The position numbers and the translations under genes are program-made. Positions 1 through 10,718 of a stretch of DNA of 34,502 nt are shown here, one piece after another. The DNA is from Thermoleophilia bacterium (GTDB taxonomy: Bacteria; Actinomycetota; Thermoleophilia; Gaiellales; Gaiellaceae), in the NCBI GenBank assembly GCA_025933895.1, contig JAICZB010000001.1, positions 1 through 34,502 of the forward strand. Reading direction: 5' to 3'. Under the pieces are notes generated by a model. That model did no database searches. It had not been told where the DNA came from and worked only from the letters and a program-made list of their open reading frames with translations. Numbering within the stretch: position 1 is the first letter of the stretch; each line of letters starts with the position of its first letter.

Positions 1-175
1 CTTTCCGGTGCCGGACGACGAGACGGTCGCCGAGTTCCATCGCGTCGCGACGGCCGCCGGTTTCAGAGACAACGGCGGCCCCGGCGAGCGGCCGGAGTAC
101 CACGCGGGCTACGTCGGCGCCTTCGTGCTCGATCCCGACGGGAACAACGTCGAAGCGGTGAACCACAACCGATGA
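1..175 (+). CDS. VOC / glyoxalase-fold protein, C-terminal fragment (5' end lies outside the window)
   Basis: Reading from nt 2 gives FPVPDDETVAEFHRVATAAGFRDNGGPGERPEYHAGYVGAFVLDPDGNNVEAVNHNR*. The AFVLDPDGNxxE ending is the typical last beta-strand of glyoxalase/bleomycin-resistance fold proteins. GC3 is high. TGA at 173-175. Confidence 0.7.
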   Translation, partial: FPVPDDETVAEFHRVATAAGFRDNGGPGERPEYHAGYVGAFVLDPDGNNVEAVNHNR

Positions 176-324
176 GGCCCCGTGGCGCGAACGAGTGGCG
201 CGACTTCTGGCGCGACGGCGGCGAGCGGGAGCTCCACGCGCAGCTCGGGGAGTTCGCGCCGCAGAAAGGAGGTCACGGGGACAGGTTCGAGACTTTCGCC
301 GAGCGGCGCGGTCGACGACAGTGA
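172..324 (+). CDS. Doubtful small ORF (50 aa), possibly a decayed gene remnant
   Basis: ATG 172-174 overlaps the upstream TGA (ATGA). It translates to MRPRGANEWRDFWRDGGERELHAQLGEFAPQKGG...RRQ*. GC3 is high for the first ~30 codons and then decays. The same frame reopens after the TGA at 322-324 and runs to 417. No recognisable family. Confidence 0.15.
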   Translation: MRPRGANEWRDFWRDGGERELHAQLGEFAPQKGGHGDRFETFAERRGRRQ

Positions 325-380
325 GCACGAGCTGCGGGAGCGCCCGACCCGGAGCGCGACGCCGAGGTCGCCGCACGGAT

Positions 381-1442
381 CTACGCCTGGTTCGAGGCTG
401 CCTCGCTCGCCCGCTGAAGCTGCTTACGGCGACGACGACGGGACCGCGCCTCGAGCGGCGCACTGAGCGGCAGGAGCGCACCGGCCAGCCACGCGAGGAA
501 GGGCAGGGCTGCGAGCAGGGCGTACGGCCCCAGAGAGTCGGCATAGAGCGCGAGGGGTTCGGCCGCGCGGTCCGGGCCGTGACCTGCCAGGCGCTCGACC
601 TTGTCGATTGCGCCGCCGAGGTGCCGCTGGTCGTAGTAGCCGCCGCCCGTCTCCCCGCCGAGCAAGCGCACTTCGCCGAGATCCGACAGGTCCGGCTCGA
701 ACTTCGTGTCGATGACCGGGCTCTGTCCCGGTGGATGAAGCCAGATGCGGTCGCTCTCCGAGCCGAAGCGAACGAAGACGAGGCGGATGTGAGCGTGCTT
801 GAGGGTCGCCGCGGTCGCGCCCGTGTCGAACGACGGCCCCTCGGCGTCGGTGAGAACGACCACGATCCGTCGCCGGGTCTTGGGCAGGAAGAAGTGCGTC
901 GAGGTCAGGGTGGTCAGGTTGGAGAAGTCGGTGGCCGTCCGACCGCCGTAGAGGTGCTCCGGCAGCGAGCCCGGCGCGGTCAGGTGGTCGAGCGCGGCGA
1001 GGAAGAGCTGGCGATCTCCGTTCGGCGCGGTCAGAGGCAGCGGCGACTGAGGGAGCGCGCCCGCGCCGAGCGGCAGATCGGGCGGCAGGTTCTGCGCGAA
1101 GTCGGCGCTCGCCGCTCGCGCCTGCTGCAGCCGCGTCGGGGAGTGGGACGAGGCGCTGGCCAGCATCGACGCGGACGAGTCGACGAAGACATACACCTCT
1201 GCGTCCGCCCGCAGTTGGACCCTCTTCGTCTGTCGCAGAGACGGCTCGCTCGCGGCAAACGCACCGAGCGCGATGACGAGCCCGGCGCAAACCCCGTTAC
1301 CGAGCGCGCGCCGGAGCCGCTTCGGCTGGAGGCCCAGGGCGCGGGCGGCTCTCCGCTCACGACGCAGGCGTACCCACTCGAAGCCGGCGAGCGGCACGAG
1401 CAGCGCCAGAACGAACAACGCGCCTGGGTGGAGCAGCACCAT
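381..1442 (-). CDS. von Willebrand factor A (vWA) domain membrane protein, BatA/BatB-like
   Basis: Starts MVLLHPGALFVLALLVPLAGF (N-terminal TM). MIDAS-type VFVDSSASM motif. C-terminal TM (YALLAALPFLAWLAGALL). The ATG at 1442 shares one nt with the upstream stop (TGATG). The 564-aa ORF in the track is an upstream alternate-frame read-through. Confidence 0.85.
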   Translation of the reverse strand: MVLLHPGALFVLALLVPLAGFEWVRLRRERRAARALGLQPKRLRRALGNGVCAGLVIALGAFAASEPSLRQTKRVQLRADAEVYVFVDSSASMLASASSHSPTRLQQARAASADFAQNLPPDLPLGAGALPQSPLPLTAPNGDRQLFLAALDHLTAPGSLPEHLYGGRTATDFSNLTTLTSTHFFLPKTRRRIVVVLTDAEGPSFDTGATAATLKHAHIRLVFVRFGSESDRIWLHPPGQSPVIDTKFEPDLSDLGEVRLLGGETGGGYYDQRHLGGAIDKVERLAGHGPDRAAEPLALYADSLGPYALLAALPFLAWLAGALLPLSAPLEARSRRRRRKQLQRASEAASNQA

Positions 1443-2131
1443 CAGTAGCCACCGTGGACGCGGCGGCCGACGGCGCCGTTCATGCTCGCCAGCCCGTTCG
1501 CGCTCTGTGCCAGGTTCTCGATGCGCGACTGGTCGGGAGCGGGATTCTGCCGGACGGTGTGACCTCTCTGGCTGCGCCGCCTCCGGAGGAGCACCTCGAG
1601 GTTCGTCTTCGCCGCGTCGTTCGAGCTGTCGAGCAGCACCGCTTGCCGGAAGGCGGCGATCGCCCTTCCCTCGAGCTCGGGCTCGACCGGCTCTTCGCCC
1701 TGGTGGAGCTCTGCGTCGTAGAAATACGCGAGCCCGAGCATGTCCTCCAGACGAGACCGGCGCGCAGGGGAGCCGTCGTGCGCGGCGACGCCTCTCAGCG
1801 ACGCCACCGTCTGCTCGAGCTTGAACACGAGGGACAACTGGGGCAGCAGCGTGAACTGCGCCGACTGACTGGCGTCGGCCGCCACGATGCGGAAGCGCTG
1901 TAGCGCCTGCCAGTACCGAAACTGCCCGGTTCCGCCGCTCCAGCTCAGCATCGTCCGCTCGGCGAAGTCGGACGCCGGCGGCCTCGGGCTGGAGAGGAGC
2001 GCCGCGCGCACCTGCGCCCGGGTGAGGTCCGCGGTGCGCCGCGCGAGCACGGCCCGCGCGAAGAGCAGACTGCAAACGAGCGCCAGCACGATCGCGCAGA
2101 CGAGCAGAGCTTTCCTCTCGCGACGGGTCAT
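1442..2131 (-). CDS. Membrane-anchored protein with a TPR-like C-terminal repeat (BatC-like position)
   Basis: MTRRERKALLVCAIVLALVCSLLFA forms an N-terminal anchor. GRAIAAFRQAVLLDSSNDAAKTNLEVLL resembles a TPR unit. ATGA overlap with the upstream vWA gene (ATG 2131-2129, TGA 2130-2128). GC3 is high. Confidence 0.7.
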   Translation of the reverse strand: MTRRERKALLVCAIVLALVCSLLFARAVLARRTADLTRAQVRAALLSSPRPPASDFAERTMLSWSGGTGQFRYWQALQRFRIVAADASQSAQFTLLPQLSLVFKLEQTVASLRGVAAHDGSPARRSRLEDMLGLAYFYDAELHQGEEPVEPELEGRAIAAFRQAVLLDSSNDAAKTNLEVLLRRRRSQRGHTVRQNPAPDQSRIENLAQSANGLASMNGAVGRRVHGGY

Positions 2132-3039
2132 CCGAGCCTCCACGCGAGCCGCGGGAAGAAGCTCACGGCGAGCGCAGACGCTCCGAGGACGAGCGCCAGC
2201 AGCAGCGCGAGAGCCGGGTACCTCGCTCGGAGGAGAGCCGTCTGCACCAGCGGCCGGCCGTTCGTGCCGGCCACGAGAAGCGGCTTCGGGACGATGATGT
2301 GGTCTCCGAACACCGCCCGGTACGGCGCGCTGAGCTGCGCGAGGGAGATCGGGCTCGTGCGCGTTGGTGGCAGCGGCATGAGGCTGAAGCTCGCACGAGC
2401 CTCTTTGAGCAGCACGAGCTGGCGGTGGAGCACGTTCAGGTCCTTGGGGTTGTCCTGCAGATCGCTCACGAGCACCACCCGCCCGTCACTTGCCTGCGAC
2501 CGGATCAGGACACGCCGGGCGAGAGCGACCGCGTGAGAGATGACCGTGCCGCCGTCGAACGCTCCTCCCCAGGGGCCGCGGCTCCTGGCCGCATCCGGGG
2601 TGAACAGGCGCGCCAGTCCCGCCAGGTCGGCCGCGGGAGACGAGATCGGCGAGCCCAGGGCGGCGCTCGACGAGAAATAGACCACCGCCGCGTGGCGGTT
2701 CGGCGGGTAGTTGCGAAAGCCGTCCAGCGTCTGGGCGATCACCTTGTTGCCCTGCGAGGTGATGGAGCCGGACAGGTCGATGACCAGGACGGTCTCGCCC
2801 GGCAGGGCCGGCGGATGGCTCGTGCCTCCGTCCACGCTCCAGGCCAGCAGCCCGGCCACCGCGGCCACCAGCGCAAGCGCGCCGAGATAGCGGACGCGGC
2901 CGGGTATCCGACGGTGCTGCTCGCCGCGATGGTCGCTGGGGCCGATGGGCAAGACCTGCGCGCGGGTCAGCCGCCGCGAGAGCGCGAACACCGCCGCGGC
3001 CACGAGCACGGCCAGAACGCAGGCGACAGCAAGGATCAC
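2128..3039 (-). CDS. vWA domain membrane protein, BatA/BatB-like
   Basis: GTG at 3039 overlaps the upstream TGA (GTGA). N-terminal TMs (ILAVACVLAVLVAAAVFAL; YLGALALVAAVAGLLAW). MIDAS motif VLVIDLSGS. C-terminal TM (ALALLLALVLGASALAV). The upstream part of the 482-aa track ORF is R/P-rich junk. Confidence 0.85.
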   Translation of the reverse strand: MILAVACVLAVLVAAAVFALSRRLTRAQVLPIGPSDHRGEQHRRIPGRVRYLGALALVAAVAGLLAWSVDGGTSHPPALPGETVLVIDLSGSITSQGNKVIAQTLDGFRNYPPNRHAAVVYFSSSAALGSPISSPAADLAGLARLFTPDAARSRGPWGGAFDGGTVISHAVALARRVLIRSQASDGRVVLVSDLQDNPKDLNVLHRQLVLLKEARASFSLMPLPPTRTSPISLAQLSAPYRAVFGDHIIVPKPLLVAGTNGRPLVQTALLRARYPALALLLALVLGASALAVSFFPRLAWRLG

Positions 3040-3926
3040 GCCTTCACCGTCCGGCGGATCTGCGCGCACAGCGCGCGGATGGCTTGCGGATCGGGTTGCT
3101 CGGGAGCCCAGGCCAGCCGTTCGGCGTCGACCGCGAGCGAGCCGTTGATGCGCAGATGGCGCAACTCGACCGCGAGCGCGTCGAGCGCATGGCGCTGCCT
3201 GTAGAGGACGTCTTCCGGCAGGCCCGCCTCGACCCGCACGAGCAGTGCCTGGAGGAGGGACCCCTGCTGCGCCGCGAGGGCGAGACGGCGCCTGACCCTT
3301 CGCCGGAGGAGGAGCCAGGCTGCGAGCAACACGAGGAGCGAGAGGCCGGCGGCGATGAGGGCTTCCTCCGCGTCGCGACGCGGCCGCAGCCCGGAGAACG
3401 TGGCGGAGACGGAGTCGAGGCCGTCGGTCACAGGCTGGGAGACGCCCTGGGCGCGACCGACCTCGAGCAGCGGCGGCCAGACTGCGTGCAGCCGGCCGCC
3501 GGGAATCGAGACGGACGTCGGGCTGAACTGCACCCGCGTCGCGGCGCCGGTGCCCAGGCAGTGCCGGGAGAGACACGCGAGCCCGTAGCTGAGAGAGATC
3601 CGCTCGAACCCGCCGCCGAGCTCGGCGCGATCCACGTGGCTGGACACGACCCGGAAAGGACTGAAGTTCGGAGTGCCCTGGAAGGCGATTGCGGCGAACC
3701 GCCGAGGCAGGACCAGCTCCAGCCTCGCCTCCACTGTGTCGCCGAAGAGGACGCTGCGGCTCGAGAGGGTCGCCGTGGCCGAGGGCTTGGGTGCGCCGGC
3801 CGCCGTGCTGCCGCCCCAGTCGTGCACGGCGAGGACGAGGGAGCCGACGGCGACGGTCGCGACCAGCGCTGCGCAGGCGAGCAGGGCCGAAGGCCGACGC
3901 AGCCGCCGGCCCCCCAGCCGCGTCAT
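3036..3926 (-). CDS. Two-TM membrane protein of unknown function in the MoxR operon
   Basis: MTRLGGRRLRRPSALLACAALVATVAVGSLVLAV (signal anchor), then a ~170-aa extracytoplasmic segment, a second TM (LIAAGLSLLVLLAAWLLL) and a cytoplasmic tail. ATGA overlap with DUF58 (ATG 3926-3924, TGA 3925-3923). I cannot name a domain from the sequence. Confidence 0.7.
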   Translation of the reverse strand: MTRLGGRRLRRPSALLACAALVATVAVGSLVLAVHDWGGSTAAGAPKPSATATLSSRSVLFGDTVEARLELVLPRRFAAIAFQGTPNFSPFRVVSSHVDRAELGGGFERISLSYGLACLSRHCLGTGAATRVQFSPTSVSIPGGRLHAVWPPLLEVGRAQGVSQPVTDGLDSVSATFSGLRPRRDAEEALIAAGLSLLVLLAAWLLLRRRVRRRLALAAQQGSLLQALLVRVEAGLPEDVLYRQRHALDALAVELRHLRINGSLAVDAERLAWAPEQPDPQAIRALCAQIRRTVKA

Positions 3927-4816
3927 CGCAGCGGCCTCCGTCGCACGTTCCAGCTCCTCAGCGCGTCGGCCAGTGCGTCGGTTCCGGTCTCCGAGATGAC
4001 GATCGGCGGAAAGCCGTAGCCCGTGAACAACTCCTCCAGACGCCTCAGCCGCGCTTCGTGCGCCCGCCGCCGCTCGCTCACCTCGGTTCGGCTCTGACGC
4101 AGGAGCCGGAACCGCCCGGCCTGGTCGCAGACGGGGAGGGAAACCTCGCCGGCGGCCTCGGGATAGCTCTGCTCCCAGAGCGGGTCCTGCACGACGACGG
4201 GCACGAGCTCCCACCCGGCGTCGACGATCATGGCGAGCGTCCGCTCGGTGGGCACCTCCAGGAAATCGGAGCAGCAGAAGACGAAGCTCCCGCCCGGCAG
4301 CATGTGCTCGACGGCGTGCAGGCGCCCGAACAGCGAGTCGATCGTCTCCTCGGCACGGTCATAGCCACTCATGTCGAGCAGCTCCGTGAGCTCGTCCGCC
4401 TCGGCCGACGTCGACGGCGGCCGCCAGTTGTCGGCGTCGAGGAAGGCGAGCGGACAGTGGTAGTGGCCTGCCGACAGGGCGACGACTTCCGCGATCTGCC
4501 GGACCGCATCGGGTTTGTGCAGCCAGGGGTACTCGCGGGGGTAGAGCGCCATCGACGGGCTGCGGTCGACCGTGAAGCAGACGAACGGCGCCTCCTCGCC
4601 GTAGGACTCCCGTACGACGAAGTGATCCTCGCCGCGGATCGCCGAGAGCCGGGCAGAGGTCGCCCAGTCGATGCGCCGGACGTCGTCCCCGGGTTGGTAG
4701 GGGCGGCCGCTCACCACGTCGTCCGACTGCCCCCGCCGCCGGCTCGGGGAGCTCCCGAACAGGGAGCCGATGATCCTCACATGCGGTTCCAGCTCCAGCA
4801 GCGGCGAGGAGCTCAT
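3923..4816 (-). CDS. DUF58 domain protein (MoxR-associated)
   Basis: Hallmark DUF58 motif GRPYQPGDDVRRIDWATSARL. Lies 7 nt downstream of the MoxR stop. Confidence 0.92.
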   Translation of the reverse strand: MSSSPLLELEPHVRIIGSLFGSSPSRRRGQSDDVVSGRPYQPGDDVRRIDWATSARLSAIRGEDHFVVRESYGEEAPFVCFTVDRSPSMALYPREYPWLHKPDAVRQIAEVVALSAGHYHCPLAFLDADNWRPPSTSAEADELTELLDMSGYDRAEETIDSLFGRLHAVEHMLPGGSFVFCCSDFLEVPTERTLAMIVDAGWELVPVVVQDPLWEQSYPEAAGEVSLPVCDQAGRFRLLRQSRTEVSERRRAHEARLRRLEELFTGYGFPPIVISETGTDALADALRSWNVRRRPLR

Positions 4817-4823
4817 ACGCGTG

Positions 4824-5804
4824 CTACTGGCCCGGGCGCGGTGCCCGTTCGAGGCAGGACTGCCAGACGTTCGTGCCGCCGTTGAGCGACGGCCGCAGGA
4901 TCAGCCGATGGTCGATCACGAACGGGAAGAGGAACTCGACGTCGTCGGGCACGACGTAATGCCTTCCGTTGAGCAGCGCCCAGGCGCGCGAGAGGCGGTC
5001 GAGCGTGAGCGAGCCGCGCACGGAGGCGCCTACGCGGGACGCCTCCAGCTCCCTCGTCGCCGCCACGAGGGACACGATCCAGCGACGCAACGACGGCGCG
5101 ACGTAGACGTGCTCGACCGACTGCTGCAGACGGCGCACCTCCTCGAGCGTCGTCACCGGCTGCAGGTCGGCGAGCGGGTGACGGACGACCTGCGCATCGA
5201 GAATGTCCACCTCGTCGTCGACGGACGGATAGCCGAGCCGCATGCGGATGTAGAAGCGGTCGAGCTGCGCCTCGGGGAGCGGGAAGGTCCCCGCGTGCTC
5301 GAGCGGGTTCTCCGTGGCGAGCACGAGGAAGGGCGAGTCGAGCTTGCGGGTCTGGCCGTCGACGGTCACCTGGCCCTCGGCCATGGCCTCCAGGAGGGCC
5401 GACTGGGTCTTCGGCATCGCCCGGTTGATCTCGTCGACCAGGAGGATGTTCGCGAAGACGGGCCCGGGCCGGAAGACGAACGAGCGGCTCGGCTGGTCGT
5501 AGATCGAGAGGCCCGTGATGTCGAGCGGCTGCAGATCCGGCGTGCACTGGACGCGGGACGGAACGGAGCCCTCGATCGAGCCTGCCATCGCCCGCGCGAG
5601 CACCGTCTTCGCCGTGCCCGGCACGTCCTCGAGGAGGATGTGGCCGCCCGCGGTGAAGGCGGCGACGACGAGCTTGATCTCCGAGGGCTTGCCGCGCACG
5701 ACCATGCCGATGTTCTCGCGCAGCGCCGCGGCGACATGCTGCGCCTCCTCGATCGTCTCTGCGATCTCGGAGGTCGGGCCCTGGGTAGGCCGGAATGAAC
5801 TCAT
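4824..5804 (-). CDS. moxR: MoxR-family AAA+ ATPase
   Basis: HILLEDVPGTAKT (Walker A), ILLVDEINRA (Walker B) and the typical MoxR tail (ASVRGSLTL...GRHYVVPDDV). GGAAGGGAG Shine-Dalgarno about 11 nt upstream of the ATG. Confidence 0.95.
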   Translation of the reverse strand: MSSFRPTQGPTSEIAETIEEAQHVAAALRENIGMVVRGKPSEIKLVVAAFTAGGHILLEDVPGTAKTVLARAMAGSIEGSVPSRVQCTPDLQPLDITGLSIYDQPSRSFVFRPGPVFANILLVDEINRAMPKTQSALLEAMAEGQVTVDGQTRKLDSPFLVLATENPLEHAGTFPLPEAQLDRFYIRMRLGYPSVDDEVDILDAQVVRHPLADLQPVTTLEEVRRLQQSVEHVYVAPSLRRWIVSLVAATRELEASRVGASVRGSLTLDRLSRAWALLNGRHYVVPDDVEFLFPFVIDHRLILRPSLNGGTNVWQSCLERAPRPGQ

Positions 5805-5927
5805 GGCAGGCGTGGCTCCCTTCCGATTGAGACGAGCAACGGGAACAACGGTTGGCTCGCCCCGGTCTCGGTGAACGTATACAGGGTCGGCTGCCGGTTA
5901 GGAAGGCGGCGCCGGAAGCCGCGGAAG

Positions 5928-7780
<1,853 letters not shown>

Positions 7781-7808
7781 CCTGTTCCGCGGTCTTGAAG
7801 GATCCTTC

Positions 7809-10718
7809 GTGAGAGAACGTCGCAACTACCTGATGCTCATGGGCGTGATCGCCGTCGCCCTCGTCGGCGCGGTGCTGCTCGCGGTTCCCGGCTCGCCGAT
7901 CTACAAGGCGCCGGTCAAGGGCCTCGACCTGCAGGGCGGACTCGAGGTGATCCTCCGCGCCACGCCGGAGAAGGGCCAGAGCCTCTCCCAGGCCGGCATG
8001 CAGACCGCGCAGAACATCATGGAGAACCGCGTCAACAAGATCGGCGTCGCCTCTCCGAACGTCGCGATCCAGGGTGGAAACGAGATCGTGATCCAACTCG
8101 CCGGTGTCCACGACCCGGCCAAGGCCGCAAAGATCGTCGGCACGACCGGCCAGCTGCAGATGTTCGACTTCGAGCCGAACCTCATGCCGCCGACGGTCAA
8201 CGCGGGTCATGCTGCGCCGCTTCCGTCGCTCTACAGCCTGCTGACCGCGGTCAAGAAGGAAGCGAGCAAGGGCTCTCCGGAGGCCTACTACCTCTTCAAG
8301 ACCGTCACGAAGAAGATCCCGGCCAAGGGCACGGGCAAGAAGGCCACGAAGGCGAAGACGAAGACCTTCCACTCGGTCGTGCAAGGCCCGGCCAAGAACC
8401 GCAAGCAGCTGCTGCTGCCCTACAAGGACGGGAAGCAGCCTGCGGACACGGTGATCCTGACGGTGCCGGCGAATCGCGAGCCCGTGTGGTGTTCCGGCGT
8501 GGCGAACTGCCCCGGCGCCGGCTCGAACGGAACCTCGCAGAGCAACAAGTACTGGTACCTCTTCAAGTACACGCCGAGGACGGTCACCAAGAGCGGCGAG
8601 GTCATCAACCCCAACGGGCCGCCGGAGCTGACCGGGAACGACCTCGTCGAGTCGGGCGTCCTGGCCGACGTCGACCAGAGCGGCCAGCCGATCGTGACGC
8701 TCCAGTTCACGCATCACGGCTCGCAGCAGTTCCAGAGGATCACGAAGCTCGAGTACGACCGCGGCCGGCAGGCCGCCGGCCCCGCCGGTCTGATCGGCAC
8801 CAACCCCGACCAGGCCACGATCAACCAGTACGCCGGGCACAACGCGATCGTCCTCGACGGCCAGCTCAGGGAGACGCCGTTCATCGACTGGACGCAGGGA
8901 TCGCTGCAGGACGGCATCGCCGGCAACGCGCAGATCACGGAGCCGAGCACGAAGGCGGCGAAGCAGACGGCGCTCGTGCTGCAGAGCGGCTCCCTTCCGT
9001 ACCAGTTCAAGCAGATCGCGCGCACCGAGGTCACGGCGACGCTCGGCAAGAGCTCGCTCCACCAGGCGATCTGGGCGGCAATCGCGGGCCTTGCGATCGT
9101 CGCGCTGTTCCTGCTCCTGCTCTACCGCTTCCTCGGCGTCGTCGCGGTCATCGGCCTCGCGATCTACGGCCTCCTCTACTACGCGGCGATCCTCCTCTTC
9201 AACGTCACGCTGACGCTGCCGGGATTCGCAGGCCTGATCCTCACGATCGGCGTCGCGGCCGACGCGAACGTCGTCGTCTTCGAACGCATCAAGGAAGAGG
9301 TGCGAGCCGGGCGATCGGTGCGCGCGGCGATCTCCGCGGGTTACGGCAAGGGCTTCCACACGATCCTCGACGCGAACGTCGTGACCGTCATCACGGCGAT
9401 GGTCATCTTCCTGATCGCCGTCGCGGACGTGAAGGGCTTCGCCCTGATGCTGCTGGTCGGCACCGTGATCTCGCTGATCACGGCCGTCGCCGCGACGCGC
9501 GCCTTGCTCGGCCTGCTCAGCGGCTTCCGCTGGTTCGACAACCCGCGCTTCATGGGCGCGCACGGACAGCAGACCGCCAAGTGGCTCCAGATCGACTTCA
9601 TGCGCCGCCGCTACCTGTGGTTCGGGATGTCGGCCGTCGTCATCGCCGCCGGAGTGATCGCGCTCGGGACGCGCGGGCTCAACCTGGGGATCGACTTCAA
9701 GGGCGGGACGACATTCACGTTCAAGACGCACCAGGCGTACTCGACCGGAGAGGTCCAGTCGTTCATGGGTCAGCACGGCCAGCGCGACGCCATCGTCCAG
9801 GCCCAGGGCTCGGCCCTGCACAGCAAGTTCACGAACTGGCAGGTCCGGACGAGGACGCTCTCGAGCAAGGAGCAGAACGATCTGAGCCAGGCGCTCAAGG
9901 CCAACCTCGGGATGTACGGGGGCGGGACGCAGAACGTCTCGGGGACGTTCGGCCACCAGATCGCGATCGACGCGATCTACGGGATCATCGTCTCGCTGCT
10001 CCTGATCAGCATCTACATCGCGATCAGGTTCGACTTCAAGTTCGCGATGCCGGTGATCCTCGCGATGCTGCACGACATAGCCGTGACCGTCGGCGTGTAC
10101 GCGCTCGTCGGGAAGGAGGTCTCGGTCGCGACGGTGGCCGCCGTCCTCACCGTTCTCGGCTACTCGATCTACGACACGATCATCATCTTCGACCGCATAC
10201 GCGAGAACATTCCGCTGATGCGGCGCTCGCCGTTCGCGACGATCGCCAACGTGTCGCTGTGGGAGACGATCAGGCGATCGCTCGCCACGACGTTCATCAC
10301 GCTCCTGCCGATCATCTGCCTCGAGATCCTCGGCGGCGCGACGCTCAAGGACTTCGCCTTCGCGCTGATCGTCGGTGTCACGTCGGGCGCCTACTCCTCG
10401 ATCTTCTTCGCGGCTCCGCTGCTCACGATCTGGAAGGAGCGCGAGCCGGACTATGCGCGGCGGAAGGCCCAGGTCGAGGGCGACGAAGGAACCGACCCGG
10501 ACGGCGGGACGCCGGCTCGTCGCAGGCCGTGGCTCCCGAAGGGCGGTCCGGTGGCCGATCCCGGCACGCTGGCACTGCAGGAGTCGGAGGCGGCGCTCGC
10601 CGCCGAGGCGACGCCCAGGCTGGTCGACGCGGTGACGCCCGAGCCGGCCACCGCCCAGGCGCGGCGCGAGAAGCGGCGCCAGCGGCGGCGCTCGAGGCCG
10701 CATGGCCGCGCGCGGTAG
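7809..10718 (+). CDS. secDF: Fused protein-export membrane protein SecDF
   Basis: SecD N-terminus (GLDLQGGLEVIL) with a large periplasmic domain. The SecF start motif (IDFMRRRYLWFG...GLNLGIDFKGGT) continues in frame with no stop, so this is a true fusion. There is a ~100-aa disordered Arg-rich tail with high GC3. GTG start with GAAGGA upstream. Confidence 0.93.
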   Translation: MRERRNYLMLMGVIAVALVGAVLLAVPGSPIYKAPVKGLDLQGGLEVILRATPEKGQSLSQAGMQTAQNIMENRVNKIGVASPNVAIQGGNEIVIQLAGVHDPAKAAKIVGTTGQLQMFDFEPNLMPPTVNAGHAAPLPSLYSLLTAVKKEASKGSPEAYYLFKTVTKKIPAKGTGKKATKAKTKTFHSVVQGPAKNRKQLLLPYKDGKQPADTVILTVPANREPVWCSGVANCPGAGSNGTSQSNKYWYLFKYTPRTVTKSGEVINPNGPPELTGNDLVESGVLADVDQSGQPIVTLQFTHHGSQQFQRITKLEYDRGRQAAGPAGLIGTNPDQATINQYAGHNAIVLDGQLRETPFIDWTQGSLQDGIAGNAQITEPSTKAAKQTALVLQSGSLPYQFKQIARTEVTATLGKSSLHQAIWAAIAGLAIVALFLLLLYRFLGVVAVIGLAIYGLLYYAAILLFNVTLTLPGFAGLILTIGVAADANVVVFERIKEEVRAGRSVRAAISAGYGKGFHTILDANVVTVITAMVIFLIAVADVKGFALMLLVGTVISLITAVAATRALLGLLSGFRWFDNPRFMGAHGQQTAKWLQIDFMRRRYLWFGMSAVVIAAGVIALGTRGLNLGIDFKGGTTFTFKTHQAYSTGEVQSFMGQHGQRDAIVQAQGSALHSKFTNWQVRTRTLSSKEQNDLSQALKANLGMYGGGTQNVSGTFGHQIAIDAIYGIIVSLLLISIYIAIRFDFKFAMPVILAMLHDIAVTVGVYALVGKEVSVATVAAVLTVLGYSIYDTIIIFDRIRENIPLMRRSPFATIANVSLWETIRRSLATTFITLLPIICLEILGGATLKDFAFALIVGVTSGAYSSIFFAAPLLTIWKEREPDYARRKAQVEGDEGTDPDGGTPARRRPWLPKGGPVADPGTLALQESEAALAAEATPRLVDAVTPEPATAQARREKRRQRRRSRPHGRAR

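Noticed and set aside
182-466. 94-aa ORF (MARTSGATSGATAASGSS...)
   Set aside because: It is low-complexity with poor GC3 over much of its length, and it runs antisense into the vWA gene 3' end.
381-2075. Long N-terminal extensions in the track: a 564-aa fused ORF spanning two genes, the 482-aa ORF at 2128-3576, the 392-aa ORF at 3036-4214, the 431-aa tgt ORF from 6084, and the 670-aa ftsW ORF from 26936
   Set aside because: The upstream portions are Arg/Pro-rich and overlap the true upstream gene in another frame. Internal starts that form ATGA, GTGA or TGATG overlaps with the preceding stop give products with normal N-termini.
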